Of a DNA stretch of 11,687 bases, positions 1-7,434 are shown one piece after another (position 1 is the stretch's first letter; each line of letters opens with the position of its first letter). Below the pieces are notes generated by a model that saw only the letters and a list, made by a program, of their open reading frames with translations, searched no databases and had not been told where the DNA came from. Both the position numbers and the translations under genes were made by a program. This stretch comes from Candidatus Methylomirabilis sp. (GTDB taxonomy: Bacteria; Methylomirabilota; Methylomirabilia; Methylomirabilales; Methylomirabilaceae): the NCBI GenBank assembly GCA_041498975.1, contig JBGQJI010000077.1, positions 1 to 11,687 of the forward strand. Reading direction: 5' to 3'.

Positions 1-2
1 AC

Positions 3-848
3 CCCGACATCCCGATTGTCATGCACCAGGATCACGGCGCTAGCCCCGCGGTCTGCATCGCTTCCGTCCGCTCGGGGTTCACCAGCCTGATGATGGATGG
101 CTCACTCCTGGAGGACATGAAGACTCCATCAACCTATGACTATAACGTCGCCGTCACCGCCAAGGTGGTGGAGATCGCTCACGCCATCGGTGTGTCCGTG
201 GAAGGGGAACTCGGTTGCCTGGGGTCCCTCGAAACCGGCATGGGCGAGAAGGAAGACGGGCACGGCGCCGAGGGCAAACTGTCCCTTGACCAACTCCTGA
301 CGGATCCTGAACAGGCCGCCCAGTTTGTCAAGGCAACCAAGGTGGATTCACTCGCCATTGCCATCGGCACCAGCCATGGCGCCTACAAATTCTCGCAGAA
401 GCCCAAAGGCGATGTCCTTGTCATGCAGCGGGTCAAGGAAATCCACGCGCGCATTCCCGACACCCATCTGGTCATGCACGGCTCGTCCAGCGTCCCGCAG
501 GAATGGCTCGACGTCATCAGGCAGTTCGGCGGGGAGATCAAGCAAACCTTTGGCGTTCCGGTCGAGGAGATCCAGCTTGGCATCAAGCATGGGGTGCGGA
601 AGGTCAATATCGACACCGACCTGCGCTTGGCGATGACCGGCGCCGTTCGCCAGGATCTGGCGAAGAGCAGAGGCAACTTCGATCCGCGCAAATTCTGGAC
701 CGCATCCACGAAGGCCGCCAAGCAGATCTGCAAGGACCGCTACGAGCAGTTCGGTTCCGCGGGCAATGCGAGCAAGATCCGTCCGATCCCCTTGGAGGAG
801 ATGGCCCGGCGCTACGCCAAGCGAGAACTTGATCCACGCATCAACTAA
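3..848 (+). CDS. fba: Class II fructose-1,6-bisphosphate aldolase, subtype B/Calvin-cycle type (5'-truncated by window edge)
   Basis: Frame open from position 3 ([12 protein letters not shown]). Class II FBA motifs [56 protein letters not shown]. Confidence 0.97.
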   Translation, partial: PDIPIVMHQDHGASPAVCIASVRSGFTSLMMDGSLLEDMKTPSTYDYNVAVTAKVVEIAHAIGVSVEGELGCLGSLETGMGEKEDGHGAEGKLSLDQLLTDPEQAAQFVKATKVDSLAIAIGTSHGAYKFSQKPKGDVLVMQRVKEIHARIPDTHLVMHGSSSVPQEWLDVIRQFGGEIKQTFGVPVEEIQLGIKHGVRKVNIDTDLRLAMTGAVRQDLAKSRGNFDPRKFWTASTKAAKQICKDRYEQFGSAGNASKIRPIPLEEMARRYAKRELDPRIN

Positions 849-951
849 TGCCGTTCCAACTATTTGGCCGCACGACACGATGATGTGTGGGCAACTCAGT
901 CCACCTCTGCATAGCGTTATTGTGTGTCCGAAAAAGTTGGAACGGCACGAG
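845..951. mobile_element. 107-bp MITE-like palindromic element, copy 1
   Basis: Ends ctaatgccgttccaactattt (845-865) and aaaaagttggaacggcacgag (931-951) are inverted repeats with a perfect 13-bp core, tgccgttccaact/agttggaacggca. Related copy at 4049-4156. Confidence 0.65.
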
Positions 952-981
952 CATGGCCCTCGTGGAGGATACTGACAATCG

Positions 982-1659
982 ATGACCAGGTATAAGATCG
1001 CCCCGTCGATCCTGTCCGCCGATTTCGCCAGACTGGGGGAGGAGGTCCGGGCGGTGGATGCGGCCGGCGCGGACTACATCCACGTCGATGTGATGGACAA
1101 CCACTTCGTGCCCAATCTCACCATCGGGCCGACGGTGGTGGCCGCCATCAGGCCCCACACGCAGAAGCCGCTCGATGTCCATTTGATGATCGAGCCCGTA
1201 GACGCGATCGTCCCGGAGTTCGCGAAGAGCGGGGCCACCATCATCACCGTCCATCCAGAGGCAACCCGCCATCTGGATCGCACCATCCAGCTTATCAAGA
1301 GCCTCGGGTGTCGAGCAGGCGTGTCACTCAATCCGGCGACCCCCATCAACTGGCTGGATCACGTGCTGGAGAAGCTGGATCTCGTGCTGGTGATGAGCGT
1401 GAACCCCGGCTTCGGTGGCCAGAGTTTCATCGAGTACGTGCTCCCCAAAATCACGGCTATTCGCCGTCGCATCGACGCCAGCGGCAAGGCGATCGATCTG
1501 GAAGTGGATGGCGGCGTCAAAGTGGACAACGTGCGCCGCGTTGCGGATGCGGGGGCGGATACCTTTGTCGCCGGCTCCGCCGTGTTCAACACCCCCGACT
1601 ATGCCGAAACCATCGCCAGGTTCCGTGCCGCCCTTCACGGCCCGGGCAGTGGTCGTTGA
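982..1659 (+). CDS. rpe: Ribulose-phosphate 3-epimerase
   Basis: Motifs [51 protein letters not shown] Shine-Dalgarno at 965-970. Confidence 0.98.
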   Translation: MTRYKIAPSILSADFARLGEEVRAVDAAGADYIHVDVMDNHFVPNLTIGPTVVAAIRPHTQKPLDVHLMIEPVDAIVPEFAKSGATIITVHPEATRHLDRTIQLIKSLGCRAGVSLNPATPINWLDHVLEKLDLVLVMSVNPGFGGQSFIEYVLPKITAIRRRIDASGKAIDLEVDGGVKVDNVRRVADAGADTFVAGSAVFNTPDYAETIARFRAALHGPGSGR

Positions 1660-1964
1660 TTTCCAGGACGCTGCGATTGAGCGGGCGCTGGACGGGTTGC
1701 CGCCACGAGGGCGCTGACGTGACCCACGCTGCCTCTCCCCATGTCGGGGGACCAGACCCCGCTGGCCTATCAGCCTGACAAAGGCTGAGAAGAAGCCACT
1801 CATGGTGCAGCGACCCTTCGCGCCAAGGCAGGCGCTTGCCTCCGCACACTTTCTCCTCAGAACAGCTTTTTGCCTTCCGTTTTCAAGAGGACCGTCGCAG
1901 CAGCAGTCATGGTGGGATCGTGGCGGGCGCGATCGGTGCGCTCGACTCTGCGCCACTCGTCACG

Positions 1965-2681
1965 CTACAGGCGACCCAGAAGCGCGGCCGAGCGAAGAAG
2001 CGGCACCTTCCAGATCGCCTCGAGGACGATGGCGCGGCTCATCTTCGAGCTGCCCACCCGGCGGTCGATGAAGGCGATCGGCACCTCCACGACCCGAAAC
2101 CCTGCGCGAAGCGCGCGGTAGGTCGTCTCGATCTGGAAAGCGTAGCCGAGCGACGTGATCGCTTCGAGGTCGATCCGCTCGAGAACGACCCGACGATAGC
2201 ACTTGAACCCGCCGGTGAGGTCGCGGACGCTTACGCCGAGGAGCGCGTGGGCATAGAGCGAGCCGCCGAGGGAGACAAGGCGACGGGCGAGGCCCCAGTT
2301 GCTGATGGAGCCGCCCGGCACGTAGCGGGAGCCGAGGACGAAGTCGGCCTCTTCGGCCGCCTTCACGAGTCGCGGCACGTCGGCCGGGTCATGGGAAAAG
2401 TCGCAGTCCATCTGGAGCACGAACTCGGAGCCCGCTGCGAGCGCCCACCGGAAGCCGGCGATGTATGCTGGCCCGAGTCCTACTCTGCGCGGACGATGCA
2501 GGACCTTGAGATAGGGGAGCTCGGCCGCAAGGCGATCGGCGAGCTCCCCTGTCCCATCGGGCGAGGAGTCGTCGATGACGAGCACCCGGCCGTCCTCGTC
2601 GAGCACCCGGCCGAGCGCTCGGGCCATCGGCTCGAGGTTGTGCAACTCATTGTAGGTCGGCACGCAGACGACCGTGCTCAC
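1965..2681 (-). CDS. Polyprenol monophosphomannose synthase-like GT2 glycosyltransferase (DPM1/Ppm1 family)
   Basis: PTYNE, VIDDSSPDGTG, GLGPAYIAGF, MDCDFSHDP (DxD), VLGSRYVPGG, DLTGGFKCYR, GYAFQIE, EVPIAFIDRRVGSSKMS; GTG start with GGAGG upstream. Confidence 0.93.
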   Translation of the reverse strand: MSTVVCVPTYNELHNLEPMARALGRVLDEDGRVLVIDDSSPDGTGELADRLAAELPYLKVLHRPRRVGLGPAYIAGFRWALAAGSEFVLQMDCDFSHDPADVPRLVKAAEEADFVLGSRYVPGGSISNWGLARRLVSLGGSLYAHALLGVSVRDLTGGFKCYRRVVLERIDLEAITSLGYAFQIETTYRALRAGFRVVEVPIAFIDRRVGSSKMSRAIVLEAIWKVPLLRSAALLGRL

Positions 2682-2738
2682 CCGCGAATCACCCTCCGCA
2701 ACACTGCGGTCACTGTGGTGACCGGCGGTTCGGAGCCA

Positions 2739-3584
2739 TCACTTGACCTGGACCCACGTACCCAGGTAGACGGGGTGGGCGGGAAACGTGGCGTCATGTC
2801 GCAGATACCCTGCATCCCACCAGGTTTCCACCAGCTCCGGCATTCCCGTGTCGGGGTTGACCTCGAAGATCTCGACGCCGACCCAGTGCCCACGATGCGC
2901 GATCGCCTGGCCCCGGTACTCGTGTTGGGTGGAGACGTCCGTCCAGACTCCGGTCAGTATCCAGAGCGCCTGGCGGTGGCCGGTCGCATCCTGGACCGAC
3001 GTGCGAGGTTGCACCCGCGTCAGCCTGATTGGCTTTCCCAGCTGTGGAAGCTGGGCAGGGGTCGGGCGGTCTGGCGGGTACAGGTCTGTCACCCCCAACC
3101 TGGTCTCCAGGTACTTGGTCTCGAAATCCAAGGCCTGGCGTTCCTGATCCGTCAGACTCATGACCTTGTCGATTCCGAGTTCGTGCTGCCCCCAGTGCAC
3201 CAGCTCATGGAAGAGGACGGCGCGGCAGAATGCCTCAGGCTGGTCGGGCGCCTGGCATCGACAGGTGAGGTTGACGAACACCTGGTTCTTCTCAGGCTCG
3301 TAGTTTCCCACGAAGCGGTGGTGATCCAGTTCTGTCCGGCCCTGGAAGGCCTCTGGTGCCAGCTCCTGGACCTGGGGTTCTGGCCAGTCCGTGACATCCC
3401 AGCGAGTCAACTCTGCCAGCGCCCCGCGCATGGCGGGAAGGTCGTACGTCACCGATGTTTCTTGCGCGATCTTCGAGCATCGTGGAGATAACTCCGGTGC
3501 TTCCCCATCGGCGGCGGGGGCCGTTCCGACGAGGCTGAGCAGGAACACTAGCTCCAGCGCTGCGATGCGTAATGTCCGTTTCAA
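2739..3584 (-). CDS. Secreted HEXXH zinc-metallopeptidase-like protein (DUF6647-like N-domain) with an uncharacterised C-terminal domain
   Basis: TTG start with GGGAG upstream; signal peptide (MKRTLRIAALELVFLLSLVGTAPAA); AVLFHELVHWGQH followed by a downstream ERQA glutamate. DUF6647 resemblance is by eye only. Confidence 0.75.
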   Translation of the reverse strand: MKRTLRIAALELVFLLSLVGTAPAADGEAPELSPRCSKIAQETSVTYDLPAMRGALAELTRWDVTDWPEPQVQELAPEAFQGRTELDHHRFVGNYEPEKNQVFVNLTCRCQAPDQPEAFCRAVLFHELVHWGQHELGIDKVMSLTDQERQALDFETKYLETRLGVTDLYPPDRPTPAQLPQLGKPIRLTRVQPRTSVQDATGHRQALWILTGVWTDVSTQHEYRGQAIAHRGHWVGVEIFEVNPDTGMPELVETWWDAGYLRHDATFPAHPVYLGTWVQVK

Positions 3585-3672
3585 TTCTTCTCCCTGCTGT
3601 AGGTGAAAGCAGTGCTCCTCTTATTGCAGGCTGGGCTGCCGTCTCAGTCTAGCAGAGCTTGCCCCGGATTGC

Positions 3673-3702
3673 CATAGCTGGAAGCGACATACCTGGAAGC
3701 GA
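3673..3702. repeat. 15-bp tandem direct repeat (2 copies, 14/15 identical), possible regulator binding site
   Basis: catagctggaagcga (3673-3687) then catacctggaagcga (3688-3702), 3 bp upstream of a -35 hexamer. Confidence 0.6.
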
Positions 3703-3705
3703 AGC

Positions 3706-3734
3706 TTGACGACCGCGAGGAGCTATGGGAGAAT
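3706..3734 (+). promoter_or_regulatory. Putative sigma70 promoter for the 39-aa ORF
   Basis: TTGACG (3706-3711), 17-bp spacer, GAGAAT (3729-3734), with extended -10 TG at 3726-3727. Confidence 0.55.
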
Positions 3735-3758
3735 GAAGAATCAAAGGAGGAGACGACC

Positions 3759-3878
3759 ATGTGCTGGGAGCGAGAAGAGCCCAAGAAGGCAAGCGAAGAG
3801 ATCGATGAGATCCTGAAGAAGATCGTGAAGGAGACAGAAAAGAAGCAGGAAACGGAAGTGCCGGCCCAGGTGGGCTAA
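3759..3878 (+). CDS. Small highly charged protein, 39 aa (MCWEREEPKKASEEIDEILKKIVKETEKKQETEVPAQVG); not in the ORF track
   Basis: Perfect AAGGAGG Shine-Dalgarno (3744-3750) 8 nt before ATG; upstream promoter; downstream hairpins; purine-rich, coding-like composition. Confidence 0.7.
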   Translation: MCWEREEPKKASEEIDEILKKIVKETEKKQETEVPAQVG

Positions 3879-3916
3879 GCACGGTTGCCCCGGCAAGGCA
3901 ATCACCTCCAGCATGA

Positions 3917-3965
3917 AGCAAGGGGTTAGGCGATCTGGAAAGTTTGCCTGACCCCTTTGCTCTTG
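3917..3965 (+). terminator. Strong stem-loop downstream of the small ORF (putative terminator or REP-like hairpin)
   Basis: agcaaggggttaggcga (3917-3933) pairs with ttgcctgacccctttgct (3944-3961); only a weak T tail. Confidence 0.45.
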
Positions 3966-4048
3966 TGGGGCAGTCTCGTCTTGGCCCCACCCTGAGTTCT
4001 CAACAGCGGGCATACCTGGGCGTTCCGGTGCTGCAAAATCGGGGGCGA

Positions 4049-4156
4049 CTCGCGCCGTTCCATTTTGTTGCAGCTCATCGGCGACAGGTGTCCTGCCCAG
4101 AACTATCGGTTGCCCCAGCCTCACCATTTTGGCGTAAATAGTTGGAACGGCACTAG
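4049..4156. mobile_element. 108-bp MITE-like palindromic element, copy 2 (inverted relative to copy 1)
   Basis: Right end reverse complement ctagtgccgttccaactattt matches the copy-1 left end at 20/21; left end ctcgcgccgttccattttg resembles the copy-1 right end (rc ctcgtgccgttccaacttttt). Confidence 0.65.
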
Positions 4157-4171
4157 AGACAAGGAGAGCTG

Positions 4172-4753
4172 ATGATGACACACGCGAAGATGACAAGACG
4201 GGTAAGCAGGGCGATCCTGGCGGGCCTCATGTATGGCCTTGCGGTGCTGATCGTGAGTCCCGGTTGGGCGGACGGGCAACCGGAAGGGCTCCCCGACTCG
4301 CCGGAAATTCCGGACCTCTATGATCCGGCGACCGTGAGCACCTATACCATTGTCGCCAAACGGCCCTACCAGGATAGCGGACAGCCGCTCGCGCCTTGGC
4401 TGATTTCATCCGTCCTGACTCCCAAAGCGGCTCACGTCGGCCCGCCTTCCGTCTTTCATGCCCCGAATGCTGCTGGCGGGCATCCCAAGGATGTCATCCT
4501 GGTGATCGGGTACGTGACGGACACGCGCGACGGGCGGATCATCGCGATGTCCGAAACCTTCGCGCATCCAGGGGACGGCGCCAGAAGCATCAAAGCGTGG
4601 GTCGATGAGGGCTGGGTGGCCAAGGGGAAGGGGAGCGGTGCATGGGGACCCCCGATCCGCTCAGAATCTCCGCTCACCCCACAACAGACAGCAGTATTCA
4701 TGGGGCAGGTGTACCGCCTGATTCAGACCGGCTTTCAGCAAACCCTCAAATAG
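4172..4753 (+). CDS. Secreted hypothetical protein, 193 aa
   Basis: AAGGAG Shine-Dalgarno before ATGATG; basic N-region, hydrophobic stretch and GWA-D cleavage-like site; double TAG stop. Confidence 0.75.
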   Translation: MMTHAKMTRRVSRAILAGLMYGLAVLIVSPGWADGQPEGLPDSPEIPDLYDPATVSTYTIVAKRPYQDSGQPLAPWLISSVLTPKAAHVGPPSVFHAPNAAGGHPKDVILVIGYVTDTRDGRIIAMSETFAHPGDGARSIKAWVDEGWVAKGKGSGAWGPPIRSESPLTPQQTAVFMGQVYRLIQTGFQQTLK

Positions 4754-4926
4754 TAGTCCGCATGAGGAAGGGTTCAGCCGCAAGACGTATGGGATGCGGG
4801 GCTCCGTAGCAGGTGGCGGTGGCCGGGCTGCCTCACGGGCTGAACGTGGCGCAGGCGGCAGCCAGCTCCGGGACGTCCGTGGCTGCCGCTCTTCAATCGC
4901 TGGCCACAGCAATCATGCGGCGCTAA
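4754..4926. repeat. Fold-back intergenic element with terminal inverted repeats
   Basis: ccgcatga (4758-4765)/tcatgcgg (4913-4920); inner stems gttcagcc/ggctgaac (4772-4779/4838-4845) and gcggcagcca/tggctgccgc (4855-4864/4880-4889). Confidence 0.5.
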
Positions 4927-4937
4927 GGGTTCTGAGG

Positions 4938-5759
4938 ATGAAAGAGGACCATCACGAGGTGATCAGAAGGGAGTTCAGCAAGCAAGCGCCACGCTTCGAA
5001 GGGAAGGGCCTTGCTCTTGCGAATCCCGAGCACCTGCACTGGGTGGTGGACAATCTGGATCTTCGATCTCACTTCGAGGTCCTGGACGTCGCGGCCGGCA
5101 CCGGTCACTTGAGCCGTGCGATTGCTCCATATGTGAGACGGGTTGTGGCATTGGATTTGACACCCGAGATGCTCGTGCACGCAAGGCGGGAGGCCGAAGA
5201 TGCCGGATTGACGAACATCGTCTTCGAGCGGGGATTTGCTGAGAGTTTGCCTTACCCGGACGAGTCCTTTGATCTCGTGGTCAGTCGCTTGTCGATTCAT
5301 CATTTCGAGGATCCGCACATCCAGATCGGCGAAATGGCGCGCGTGTGCCGCCCCGGTGGAAAAGTGGCTGTGAGCGACCTTGTATCCCCTGACGACACGG
5401 GGCTGGCTGCCACGCACAACCGATTAGAGCGGGTGCGCGATCCATCACATACTCGCGCCCTCTCGGCCGGAGAGCTGACAATGGTCGCGCGGAATGCCGG
5501 GCTGGAGATTCTCCGTACAGTCTCGCGTGAGGTCGAAGTAAGCGTCGATCGCTGGTTGGAGTTGACGGGCGTGGCGAACGACGGACGACGAAGGATCATC
5601 GCAGAATTCACTCAGGAGCTGAATGGGTTGAGCATGACTGGCATGCGCCCGTTCATCCGTGACAACGAGCTGATGCTCGTCCAGACATGGGTCATCGCGG
5701 TCGGAGTGAAGCCGTCACGGGCCCGAGACAAACCGGACACGCCTGGCCGGAAAGCCTAG
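4938..5759 (+). CDS. Class I SAM-dependent methyltransferase (Methyltransf_11/UbiE-like)
   Basis: Motif I VLDVAAGTG, ALDLTPEML, AESLPYPDESFDLVVSR, EMARVCRPGG, RDPSH. Start moved to ATG 4938 because the 4794 extension runs through the palindromic element. Confidence 0.9.
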   Translation: MKEDHHEVIRREFSKQAPRFEGKGLALANPEHLHWVVDNLDLRSHFEVLDVAAGTGHLSRAIAPYVRRVVALDLTPEMLVHARREAEDAGLTNIVFERGFAESLPYPDESFDLVVSRLSIHHFEDPHIQIGEMARVCRPGGKVAVSDLVSPDDTGLAATHNRLERVRDPSHTRALSAGELTMVARNAGLEILRTVSREVEVSVDRWLELTGVANDGRRRIIAEFTQELNGLSMTGMRPFIRDNELMLVQTWVIAVGVKPSRARDKPDTPGRKA

Positions 5760-6033
5760 AGGCTCCGCCCCCTTGCCATTGGGCTTCCCTCGCGAGGCCT
5801 TCGGGCACGTCGGCTGGCCTGCTCCCCGCGTCTCGGCCCATCACCGCACGGCGTACCTTCCCGCTGTGGAATCCCCTCATCCGTCTTTCTCATTGATCCG
5901 TTAGATGAGCGCGGCAGACGTCTACTCGATCGCGCGAGATGAAACGCCGCTTTCCGCCCGGCCTGTGTACCAAAAGGCGATAGACCTGTTCATTCCGTTT
6001 CCCGACGCATCGGGTTGGGGCCGGGACTATTGC

Positions 6034-6062
6034 TTGACGTGTCTTGGGGCCTGTGATAGAAG
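6034..6062 (+). promoter_or_regulatory. Putative sigma70 promoter
   Basis: TTGACG (6034-6039), 17-bp spacer, TAGAAG (6057-6062), with extended -10 TG at 6054-6055. Confidence 0.4.
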
Positions 6063-6483
6063 GGACGGAACTTAGCCACAGCCTGACGCCAGGGCAAGGG
6101 TCGGCGAGGAGTGGCACGGTGTCGTGGACACCGAGCAGGATGGCACTGTGACACCAAGAGTGACGGGCGCGGTGCCATTATATTTCGGGCCTTCGGAAAT
6201 CGGAAAGGAGCTTGCTGGGGAAGCCGCAGCCTGTTGCAAGGCGGCGTCCAGCAAGTGAGATTCGCGACGGTCGGGTACGGGATGAACGAGTTGGCGGGTC
6301 TGGTGGTAGTCGGCTCGACCTCGCGGCGCTGGGGCACCGGTCGGGCCTTCTTCGACGAAAAGCAATGCTCCGGTGATGGTGTAGCGGAAGACGCTGGCAA
6401 GGGCTGATCGCACGCAGCATGGGTCGGCAGGCGACGTGGGCATTGAATCGCCGTGGATTGTGATCCGCCGCGAGGAGAGGTCG

Positions 6484-7434
6484 TTGGGGAACGGGAAGCC
6501 ACAGCACGGCTGGGTTCGTGCCCATTGCGGGCGAATGGGGATGCTCGCGCTGAACCTCCTGTTTCTGCACGACCCGCTGTTTTGGCTGGTCGGCCGCCTT
6601 AACCGTCGCTTCCGCGCGATCAGGACTGTCTTCGTCGCCTACCCGGTCACGCAAGAATACGCCGACGACTACGCCTACCGCTGGGTGCAACGGCGCTGTC
6701 GCTGGTCTCCCTGGTTGGCCGGCATCTACATGCAGAACGGCATGCTGGGCCTCATGACGGTGATCTCAAGCTCCGACGAAGACTTCTTCAACCCCGCCGA
6801 TGTGAACCATAACAGGCAGCAGCTCGAGGCCCTCGTCCAGCGCACCGAGCGCATCCGTCGCCTCCTGTGCGCCGAGCGGATCAGCTTCGCCGGGATCCTT
6901 CCGGGGGTGCTCCAAACCCGGGCCATCCGCACGGTTGGGGTGGAGCTCGAAGTCACTGTCGAGGCTGTGATCCAGGCCGAGACGAAACTCCGGGCGCAGA
7001 TCGGGTACGCCGAGAGCGTTCCCCTTATCCTCCTGGGGGGTAAGGGGTATATCGGCCGTCGGCTGGCTGAGCGCCTGGCTCATCGCGAGACCTATGTCGT
7101 GGACATTCTTCCCGGCCGGAGGATCAACCACGAGACCTGGCCTCTGCCCCTCCAGAACAAGAATGCAATCCTCATCAACCTCACCAAAAAGGCCGTCATC
7201 TCGGACTACATGCAGCTTTTCTGGAAGGAGCTTGTTCTCCTGAACGAGGTCTATCCGGAGCCGAGCCCGGATGAGATCGCCTTCGTGTCCAATATCGGCG
7301 TCCAGGTCTACCACATCGTTGGCATTAAAGCTCGAGCGCTGCCGCGCTTCCCCCGCGCCTATGCGGGCGGCATCCCCTGTTGCGCGGCGTGGAACGCTCC
7401 GGACATGGAGGTGCTGCTTTCACGACTCAACTAA
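6484..7434 (+). CDS. Hypothetical NAD(P)-binding Rossmann-fold protein (acyl-ACP reductase/COG5322-like architecture)
   Basis: LILLGGKGYIGRRLA (GxxGxxG) in the C-terminal half. Start uncertain (6436 GTG, 6484 TTG or 6535 ATG); 6484 chosen for GAGGAG at 6472-6477. Confidence 0.65.
   Translation: MGNGKPQHGWVRAHCGRMGMLALNLLFLHDPLFWLVGRLNRRFRAIRTVFVAYPVTQEYADDYAYRWVQRRCRWSPWLAGIYMQNGMLGLMTVISSSDEDFFNPADVNHNRQQLEALVQRTERIRRLLCAERISFAGILPGVLQTRAIRTVGVELEVTVEAVIQAETKLRAQIGYAESVPLILLGGKGYIGRRLAERLAHRETYVVDILPGRRINHETWPLPLQNKNAILINLTKKAVISDYMQLFWKELVLLNEVYPEPSPDEIAFVSNIGVQVYHIVGIKARALPRFPRAYAGGIPCCAAWNAPDMEVLLSRLN

Noticed and set aside
845..951. Canonical integron attC site
   Set aside because: It has AAC...GTT arms and a suitable length, but TTCCAAC and GTTGGAA miss RYYYAAC/GTTRRRY, the inverted repeat extends well outside these boxes, it lies between core genes, and no intI is present.
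2682..2741. HEXXH gene and glycosyltransferase are in frame, separated by one TGA and 19 sense codons with a hairpin (cggtcac/gtgaccg): selenocysteine or readthrough fusion?
   Set aside because: The hairpin loop on the coding strand (CACA) lacks the G typical of bacterial SECIS, the downstream gene has its own RBS, a secreted-cytoplasmic fusion is implausible, and the arrangement arises easily by chance.
1836..3491. 551-aa plus-strand ORF
   Set aside because: It is the in-register antisense shadow of two real minus-strand genes that share a frame; common in GC-rich DNA, with no recognisable motifs.
4794..4937. N-terminal extension of the methyltransferase in the ORF track
   Set aside because: Low-complexity G/R/A sequence that runs through a palindromic element; the family-like sequence begins at MKEDHHEVIRREF.
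5757..6075. Possible terminal inverted repeat aggctccgcccctt / aagggacggaactt starting at the methyltransferase stop
   Set aside because: Only 11/14 matches, ends out of register, and no supporting inner stems.
6111..6407. 98-aa plus-strand ORF
   Set aside because: The GAGGA abuts the GTG with no spacing, composition is atypical, and the start overlaps hairpins.
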